NCBI GenBank assembly: GCA_964016885.1 | Contig: OZ024741.1 | Location: forward strand, 147,250,001 to 147,314,000 | Length of the DNA: 64,000 bases | Source of the DNA: Eledone cirrhosa | Lineage: Eukaryota | Direction: 5' to 3' | Part shown: positions 55,181 through 64,000 of the stretch, piece by piece | Layout: each line of letters begins with the position of its first letter | Numbering within the stretch: the first letter of the stretch is position 1 | Position numbers and translations under genes: made by a program | Notes under the pieces: model-generated | Databases searched by the model: none | The model's input: only the letters and a program-made list of their open reading frames with translations | What the model was told of the DNA's origin: nothing

Positions 55181-55336
55181 ATATATATATATATATATAT
55201 ATAAGTAAAGAGATATTTAATTTGTTGGTAATTCAACAAATTTATTTATAACAGATTCGAAGCACTCAACAGAATTTCCTGGAGTATAATATCAATGATA
55301 TTAATAAATGGAAAACTATATTTATAAAACCATATT

Positions 55337-55398
55337 TATTTTATTATATATATTTCAAGGGTACCAAAAACTTTGGTACGCTCTCATCAGATAAAATA
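55337..55398 (-). ncRNA. Type I hammerhead ribozyme
   Basis: Minus strand tattttat-CTGATGA-gagcgtaccaa...ttggtaccctt-GAAA-tatata-TA-ataaaata: 8-bp stem I, ~11-bp stem II, palindromic loop 3. Confidence 0.85.
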
Positions 55399-56302
55399 CA
55401 AAATTTGTTTTATAAATAGTGACATACCCCAGAAACCAGACCTTATCGATTCAGGTTCCGATTGAATATATAGATATCTAAATACATATATAAAAGAAAT
55501 TCTCATCTTTGAAAACAAGTAATATAAAATACCTTATAATCATACACAAAATAATATATAAAATTTTCTCTACATACATTCCGCTTTTTTAAAGTAAATT
55601 CTAAAATATATGACAAATCTAATGTAAATAGTGTAACTAAGAAACATTGGAGTTATCTTTTCCTTTATAATGTAGCACGCATAAACATCCTCTCTTCTTA
55701 ACAATAATTTCGATAATTTTGTTAACTTAATAATTTTCGGTAACTGTTTTCTATCTCTAATAAAATTTGAACTACGTCTTTTTCTTAAATTTGAAATGTA
55801 AACACAATATCTTTCATAACCTTCAAATTATATAGTTATATTAGAATTATTTATCTATTTAAAATAACAACATATATAATCACCAATAATATTTATATTT
55901 TTATTTATTTATATAACTATTTATATAAATGACCTGTTGTAATATAATAAGCTTAAGTGTACTTACAACCTTAATTCTTCATAAAATCTAATTATAAGGG
56001 TTATCTATATAATATTATAACTCATGATTTGGTTATATAGTTTAAATTTTTGGATTAGTATTCTACCACATCAACACATTTTTAATTTTTAATTTTTAAA
56101 TTTACTTACACCATAATATTAATATTAGCCTCTCTTTCTTCTTTCTTCTTTCTTCTTCCTTTATAAAGTATCCTAATACTTATTTTAATTTACCAAGCGT
56201 CTAAATATAACAACTTTTTTCAGTCTACGCTTCTACTTCATTTACATATCCATCCTAAAGATTTGAAATCTTATTTTTTTTCCTTTCACTATCCAAACAG
56301 AA

Positions 56303-56405
56303 CCTGAACCGATAAGGTCTGGTTTCTGGGGTATGTCACTATTTATAAAACAAATTTTGTATTTTATCTGATGAGAGCGTACCAAATTTTTGGTACCCTT
56401 GAAAT
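56303..56405 (+). repeat. Inverted copy of 55352-55458, carrying a truncated hammerhead
   Basis: cgataaggtctggtttctgggg...tattttatCTGATGAgagcgtacc...ggtacccttGAAAt, cut off by the (cat)n tail of the neighbouring RTE. Confidence 0.85.
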
Positions 56406-58640
56406 CATCATCATCATCATCATCATCGTTTAACGTCCATCTTCCACGCTTGCATGGGTTTGGACGGGAGTTTTCCCACTTGAGGCAAGATTGGTTGTCT
56501 TGCTCAGGACAGTAAGGTGGGTTTTCTAAGGCTGGATGCCCTTCCTAACACCAACCACGTTTACAGTGTGTACTGGGAGGTTTTTACTGTGTTACCTACA
56601 CGGCCACATTCCAGCGTGGACTGTGTGTTTTTTTGTCGTGACACCTACACAACCTCATTTGTTTCGGACTGGATGTTGTGGTACCAACATAACTTCACAT
56701 TTAAGGGGGTGGTGTGGATGAGGTGGGGGTAGTGGGACGGGGTGTATTTTGTTAGAGGTGCCTACTGACTGTAGGTTTCGCTTTGTACTTAGGTAAGGCG
56801 AGTCTTCTGTATAACTGTGTAGCGCGAAAGATCTCAGTCCAGTGACATTGTCTTGGAGAGGTGAAAGTGTGTGAGGTCGGAATTTATCAAGTCATCCCAG
56901 GTTTTTCTGGGTCTACCTACTCCGTGGCTACCGTCTATTTTTATCGCCCTGCACTTTTTTATACAGCTGTCATCTTTCATGCGCATCACGTGACCGTACC
57001 AACGTAGTCTTCTCTCGAGTAAACAACATCTGATCCCTCTTAGTTCGTTTATGCTTTGCCGTTCACGTATATTACTATTACACATCCAGCGGAGCATGCA
57101 AGCTTCGTTTCTCTCCAGTCTGCGTATATCCTCTGCACACAATGCTCAGGTCTCACTGCCATGTAACATTGCTGTTCGTATGCAGGCATCATACATCCTG
57201 CCTTTCATTTTTAGAGAGAACCCTTTAGCGGCCAATAGTGGTATAAGCTCTCTGAACTTTTCCCATCCCGTTCTGACTCTAGCTACTGTACTTTCAGAGC
57301 ACCCTCCCCCACTGCTGATTTTGTTACCCAGGTAACGGAAGCTGTCCACTATTTCTATAGAACCATCTGTGCAATGGAATGAGCTAGTATTCTGTGGGCA
57401 CTAGCTGCTACTTATTGCACCAGAGCACCGGCCACATATAAAATCTATATTCTTAGTTAGCTTACCTGTGATCCCACTACATCTTTTATGCACCCATACT
57501 TTGCATTTGGGACATAGAATGGAGTTTCTGCCTACTTCTTTCCTACACACTGAGCATGGCCATTTCCCAGATGGGACCGGTGCCCTATTTTCCTTCCTAC
57601 AAACTAGAACTTTAGTCTTAGACAAGTTAACTTTAAGGCCTTTTGATTCTAGGCCATGCTTCCATGTTTGGAATTTCTTCTCTAGTTCCGCTATTGATTC
57701 AGCTATGAGCGTTAGATCATCTGCATATAGGAGTTCCCATGGGCAGCTGGTCTTGACCTCCTCTGTTATAGCCTGAAGGGCAATAATAAATAGTAGGGGG
57801 CTAAGGACGGAGCCCTGATGAACACCAACTTTTACGCTAAACTCTTCACTATATTCGTTGTTGCTGACTGTTTCTTTATACATGGCTTGTATAGCTCTCA
57901 CAAGCCATTCATCAACACCTAGTTTTCTAAGGGCCCACCAGATAATCGAGCGGGGTACTCTGTCAAAGGCTTTCTCCAAGTCAACAAAGGCTAAGTATAG
58001 GGGTTTACTTTTAGCTAGGTACTTCTCCTGTAGTTGTCGTACAATGAAGAGAGCGTCTGCTGTACTTTTACCTGACACAAACCCAAACTGCATTTTGTCT
58101 AGATCAATTCACTCTCTGATTAGTTGCGCTATTACTTTTTCTGTGACCTTCATGACCTGGTCAATTAATTTAATGCCTCTATAGTTTCCCCTATCTAGGG
58201 CATCACCTTTACCCTTGTAGCAGTTAATGATGATGCTGCTGCGCCAGTCCTTCGGAACAACCACATTCTGTATGACTTGGTTTACTAACCGGGTGACCAT
58301 AGTGTGTCCCACCGTTCCAGATGCTTTCAGCATTTCAGCAACTATTTCCGAAGGCCCGGCCGCCTTGCTCGTCTTCATGTCTTTGATCGCCTTACTTATT
58401 ATACTACCTTCAATTTGCACTGCTGGTCCCTTTATTGGGTCGACGTGGGGGAGACTGTCTTTCTCCCAATTATTCTCCTCATTTAGTAGCCTTTCGTAGT
58501 GACACTTCCAAGCTACCTTCTTATCAGCGTCAGTGATGGCAAGTACACCATCATCATTAAGGACATACTTCTCCCCGACAATATCACTGTTTTCCTTGAC
58601 ACATTGCCTAGCAATTCTGAACACCTCACGTTTTTATGCT
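56405..58640 (-). mobile_element. RTE-clade LINE, 5'-truncated, RT with internal PHD-like finger and full 3' tail
   Basis: YKGKGDALDRGNYRGIKL, QFGFV, FVDLEKAFD, GVHQGSVLSPLLF, LLYADDL, FRYLG, RRLRWYGHV, GRPRKTW, and a (gat)n tail. Confidence 0.92.
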
Positions 58641-58744
58641 CGGATTTATTACTTGGAAGTTTTGAGCTTCTACAGGAGGTATGGTGCATGTTTCTAATCT
58701 TCTCAGACATGACATTTATAATTTTGTTAGTATATATATATATA

Positions 58745-59190
58745 TATGCTTGGCTTGGACATCATAGGCTTCGCTCAAGCCAGTGAGTCCAAAGGATGTC
58801 AGAAGGCCAGGTGGCATTACAACCTTCCTGTTTCAAAGTGGTGATCCCCTCATTTGTGATGCAACATGCAACGACACTTTCCCCAGTTGCAATCTGGTGC
58901 AATCAGTGACTGGCCCAGGATTTGTTACCTAACAAATTGAAAAATCGCAAGTTGTAGAATTATTGGCCACTCTCAAATAGGTTTGTTATTGAAACTGTAG
59001 TAATGGAGACTTCCACTATTCTTGGTCTCTAGAGCATCTCCTTACTCACTGCTATCAGGGTGAAACTGGCCACCCAAATGTGTGAGCCCTGCAAGTTGGA
59101 ATGGTTATTTCAACATGTCTCCCTTGCCATCTTCCAGAGCAGATCTTTCTCTATTATGCCTTGGGTTCTGCATCCCAGAAAGTATGTTCT
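58745..59190 (+). mobile_element. CRE-clade LINE 3' fragment
   Basis: DVRRPGGITTFLFQSGDPLICDATCNDTF...YWPLSNRFVIETVVMETSTILG...EWLFQHVSLAI. Confidence 0.7.
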
Positions 59191-59197
59191 CACACAA

Positions 59198-59650
59198 TGA
59201 AGGCACATGGCTTAGTGGTTAGAGCATTGGGCTTGCAATCGAAAGGTTGTGAGTTCAATTCTTGGACCGTGTGATGTGTTGTTTCCTTGAGCAAGACACT
59301 TTATTTTCACATTGCTCCAGTTTACTCAGCTGTAGAAATGAGATGATAGGATTGGGGTCCCTATCATTCCACTGCAAAGTGGTCGTCGTGGAGGTGCCAC
59401 AGCAAAAGAGAACCCAGCCCACACTGTAAAGTGGACGTGTAGGTGCCACGGAAAAAAAAGCACCCAGCACCCACTGTAAATGAGGTTAGTGTTAGGAAGG
59501 GAATCCAGCTGTAGAAATCAAGCCAGAATCAGTTCCTGTATGAGCAAGACAAGGTCAGGCGACTGGACACTGACCACAACAGGACAACCCATCTAACCCA
59601 TGCTAGCATGGAAGAATGGATGTAAACTGACAACGATGATGATGATGATA
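59198..59650 (+). mobile_element. Full-length SINE family 2: tRNA head + CORE/Meta-like body + RTE-derived tail
   Basis: A box tggcttagtgg, B box gagttcaattc, ccttgagcaagacactt, then the same tail as the RTE 3' UTR at 43760-44010. Confidence 0.85.
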
Positions 59651-60155
59651 ATGAATCTATAGCAACATTTGAGTGTTCTTTTGCATATTTTTGTTGTATT
59701 TCTAATCTGTTATACTTATGATTGAACCAGTTTTGTAAGTATTAATAATTGTAAGTTGTCACCATGAAAATTTAACAAAAAAAGAAAACTCAACACCTCT
59801 TACTAGAACCCTAACTTGTTTACACACCCACTGACCAGATGAATGGATCAAATAACAGACAATTCACTATTGCTATGATTGTCAATAATACATCTAATCT
59901 TCAGTTGCTGTAGTCCCCTTTCATCTGCTCACCTCCACCTGGCCCTCCCAACTATATACATGAGAGTCTTGAATAACACACAGTACTTCTATGAAGAAGC
60001 TCAGTGAATAACCAGTTGCTTTGCTGAAATATTATAGCTATGTTGTAAGAAAATAAATAAAGTTATTTATATACTCTAATATCAATATTAAGTTCTGCCC
60101 CTCTTTATGGACTACCAAGATCACTAGATCCGAATCCACACACATACAGATACGC

Positions 60156-60189
<34 letters not shown>

Positions 60190-60699
60190 ATGCATGGTGT
60201 GTGTGCATGTATAAACATATATTTTAATAGCTCTTAAGATATTACAGACATGTTTTGGAAATATTTCAATATTACAAATAATGCAAAATAGACAGCTCAA
60301 CTTGTGTATTCACATTAACTATCTAATGTACCATTAGATTCTAACTTGCGAAAGTTTATTTTCACAGATTGGTATTTCTTTATCCCAACAACCTTATTAA
60401 ATGCCATTAGTTATAGCATTCTTTCAGAATAACCTAACGCTTACTTAATGGAAAATAACAAATTTGTATATCCATTAGTAAGCCTGAATGTTCTGATATA
60501 ACACAAAATAATATTCTGAGAGTGAACTATTCAAAACAGTGTTCAAATTCACTAATGCTTTCCTCCAGTCACATTTCACATGATTTTGCTATCGTAAGGA
60601 GGAGATTTAAAAGTTACCTTCTTATTTCATTTCTTCATAGAAATGTTGAGCATCAGAGCTTACAAATTGAATCCCATACATCAGTTTTTCCATGATTGC

Positions 60700-60950
60700 A
60701 TGAGTTAAATAAAGCCTAGTGCTTATCCTAGTTTCATTGGCATTAAGTAACTGAGAACTACACTTCAGGGCAGGATGCCAGTCCATCACAGGGCTAATCC
60801 TAATGAAAGTTATTTTGAGCCGAGTGGACTGGAACAACATGAAATGAAGAGCCTTGCTTAAGGACACAATGCATCACCAGGTCTGTGAATCAAATCCACA
60901 ACTTTATAATCATGACCCCATCACCCTAACCACTAGGCCATGTACCTTTG
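60700..60950 (-). mobile_element. SINE family 2 (degenerate)
   Basis: Reverse strand tggcctagtggttagggtg...gtgtccttaagcaagg...atttcatgttgttccagtccactc. Confidence 0.7.
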
Positions 60951-62479
60951 ATGGAACAGAATTTGAAAATTCAAAATTTACAATTGAAGCAATAGGACTT
61001 GAGTGATTATGTTCAAATATATTAACTTCTGGTTCTTTACTAAATTGACCACCAATCATCATGATGTCGTCTTCTGAATAAAAGCATATATACGTTCAAT
61101 ATTTTTGTATTCCAAAAACATTGATTACTGATCAATGATTCCATCACCCTTACTGGAGTTGTAAGAGTACTATTATGAAACACAGTGTGTGTTGGGCATT
61201 TTAAACCTTATGGTGCCATCTCTCTCCAGGTGTAACTACAGCCAATTTCTTCCAAAGAGAGAAAGAAAACAAGATAGAATTGATTCTTGTCCTGATCTGG
61301 TACATCATTTATCAACCGTAAAAGGATGAAAGGCCTTGGTGGAGTTTGAACTCAGAACACAGAGAACTGGAATAAATACCACAAAACATTCTACCCAAAG
61401 CACTAATGATTCTGCCAATTTATTGCCTTCCAAAATAGGGAAGAATAATGTAAACGTTTCTGATTTAAGGGTATTGCCTATTGATTTATAATATAAATAG
61501 ATTCAAATACTCCCAGCAGCTTTGAAGTCCATTCCTGGAAAACATATCTTCTGTCATAGCCATTATTTCAATTTTACTTGAATGCTTTATTTCTGTTCAT
61601 TTGTTTTTGCCACATGAGCTGTGTAAAGATGAAAGAATAACAATGCACTAGCTTCTTATCTGTAATACTTCTGTTATATAAAAATAACTCTTTAAGATGT
61701 AAGGTGAACTGTGAAATGATCATTTTTTTCATCTTAAAGTTTCATTGTTGATTCTGTCATTAAATCTGCTAATAATGTTCCCTTTAGAAAAGATTTGGTT
61801 TCTAACGTGGTATTAAATTCTTCTGCCTCTTCAATTATGTTTTTTTACAATGTTTTTATCCTTTTTGTTTTGTTTTTTTTTAGAAGCTGCTTTGATAACT
61901 CAGCACTTGGATTAAGAAGCTGACATTGATAACAGCGAATTTGTAGGTTCAACACAGAATTCTATAAAGGTTTTATTTTTAAATGAACATAATAGGGTAA
62001 TGCTTTCTCTATCCTATCAGCTGGGACCATGAGGCAGCATATAACTGAGATTCTGCACGTCAGAGACACTGAGCAGATGAATAGTGAGGAGGAAGCATGA
62101 TAAGGTTTCATTGATTAATTCATACTGTAACTGTTGGCCACTACATACACAGATACATGCATACACAAGACTATACTATATTAAATTTTCCACTCAGAAA
62201 GTGTGTATACAATTGTCTATAATGCATTTGTATGATAAAAAATTATACTCAACCAATAAAAGGTTTTCCAAAATACAGTTCAATCTCCAAACAACTATTA
62301 ATATATAAAAATACATGTCGCCATTAAGCAGCAGCCATACATATTAGGCATGTGAACCAGTCAACATACAAGTGATAAAGCAATATACAATAACTATGAA
62401 AATACACTCTTAACAGATGCAATGTGTCTGAACACAGAAGAGCCGAACTCCCACCGTCATCGCCCCCATCTCTCTGTAT

Positions 62480-62740
62480 AGTGAGCAAATGGGGTCTCAC
62501 ATGCTGGCCACACCACAGCCCAGGCGGACACAATGGAGAAGGCGTTTCCCCGGAGGATAGTAATGGAGATGCACTGGAAGAGCCATTCCATCTCGCAGGC
62601 TCATACTTGTGGCTGGCCAGCTCAGCACCTATGGTGGCGAGTAAGGACACCAGAAGTCTCCACTGCCAAGGGCACAACTGCAAACCTGTCGGAGAGTGAC
62701 CAGTACATATCTACTATTTTGAGAAGTTTGCTGAAGAACA
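62480..62740 (-). mobile_element. CRE-clade LINE 3' fragment
   Basis: MYWSLSDRFAVVPLAVETSGVL...EMEWLFQCISITILRGNAFSIVSA. Confidence 0.7.
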
Positions 62741-64000
62741 ACATCTTTAACTTTTAACATCCTGTAACGATTCAGTAGAAAATTATTGTGATGCAGTCAG
62801 TGCCGTTTTGTACCTTTCAAAAATGTCTGACTATTGTGGTTTTATGCAGTACAAAATGTTAAGAGTTAAAACATGTGTCTATACCTGTAAGTAGAGCATT
62901 TTATACATAAATTCTGTGCTATGTGGATTTTTTCTGATATTCAATTCAGTCATAAATATGGTTACTTTGAATAGCTAATGAATCATTAAGTCTTTCACAC
63001 GAGATATTTCTAAGCTACAAACTTGTGGGATTGTTTTGATACCAACCCACTATCTTTAACATCCTATAATGATTTAGCAGAAAATTATTGTGATGCAGTA
63101 ATATTAAGTTACTATTTTAGTAATGAGATAATTAAGAATTTTGGTAAATCCCTCCAAAATTATTCATGAATTAATCGAAATAGAGTTTATTTCATTACGG
63201 TAAGGAAAAGATTAAGTATTATATAATCACGCATACACACACACACCAACAGACATATATATATTTCTATATATTTATTTACATAACTCCATAGCAAACA
63301 TCATAAAAAGAAAAAGTAGTGAGGAGGGGGGAAGAAAGAGGAAAAAACTGGTAAACAGACCGAATGGGGGGGGGGGGGGCACAGAGCAATAGAACATGCA
63401 AGTGAGTAACTGAGGAAAAAATAGAATAGAATAAGTTATAACGAACCGATTAGATTTAAGTTTGGTGGTGCAATAACTAGGAGCGTGGTAGTACCGTGAG
63501 ATCTCAATCAAAGTGAGGGGGAGAGAGAGAGAGAGGAGGAGAGAGAGAGAGAACAAGGGAGAGGAAAAAGGGAAGAGAGAGAAGGAGAGAGTCGATATGA
63601 AAGCGTGGTGGGACCATATATATAATACTAAAAGTCTGTGATTGCTTGCTTGCTTGTCTGTAATGTAATACAACCAAACGGGCGCATAATGGGAAAATAC
63701 TTTGAGAGGAAGTTGACCTGAAATGGGAATACAAAATGGAATAAACCAAGTTTCACGTAAATCAAAGCAAGAGTTCCCGAGATATGGGGTTTTCTAGGTA
63801 CCTTCATAAACAGAGAGAGAGAAGGATAGAGAGGACGAGATAGTGGTTGTGAGAGAATAGATTGAAAGAGAGACATAAAGAGAGGGAGAGGAGACTGAGA
63901 AGGAGAATGGAAGAGAGGGAGAGAGCTGGTGGTGTTGCTGTGTATGTATATATGTGAGTGTGTGTGTGTATATGTGTGTCTATGATCAGTGTATATAGAT

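Noticed and set aside
62417-62757. GC-richer plus-strand ORFs after ttaacag that looked like a host exon
   Set aside because: The minus strand encodes a CRE-type LINE endonuclease C-terminus, which explains the composition.

Overview
AT-rich eukaryotic DNA made almost entirely of transposable elements and simple repeats. The SINE, MITE and LINE families look molluscan, most likely an octopod cephalopod; this is inferred from repeat families only. I could not identify a convincing host protein-coding gene. The centrepiece is two different full-length Tx1-clade (L1 group) retrotransposons in tandem (17220-23069, 23088-28983), both bounded by (ATT)n. A third, 5'-truncated Tx1 copy (38118-38779) ends in the same microsatellite. 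R4/Dong-clade LINEs occupy the same ATT/AAT tracts in the opposite orientation. The window also holds Penelope-like elements with type I hammerhead ribozymes (two intact, at 1472-1540 and 55337-55398, the second with an inverted partner), a decayed Gypsy LTR element, a decayed autonomous Helitron plus non-autonomous Helitrons, RTE LINEs with an internal PHD-like finger, CRE-clade fragments, tRNA-derived SINEs, piggyBac-like MITEs, several fold-back structures, and a minisatellite built from NRF1 and ETS motifs. Boundaries were read by eye and are approximate unless a motif is quoted.
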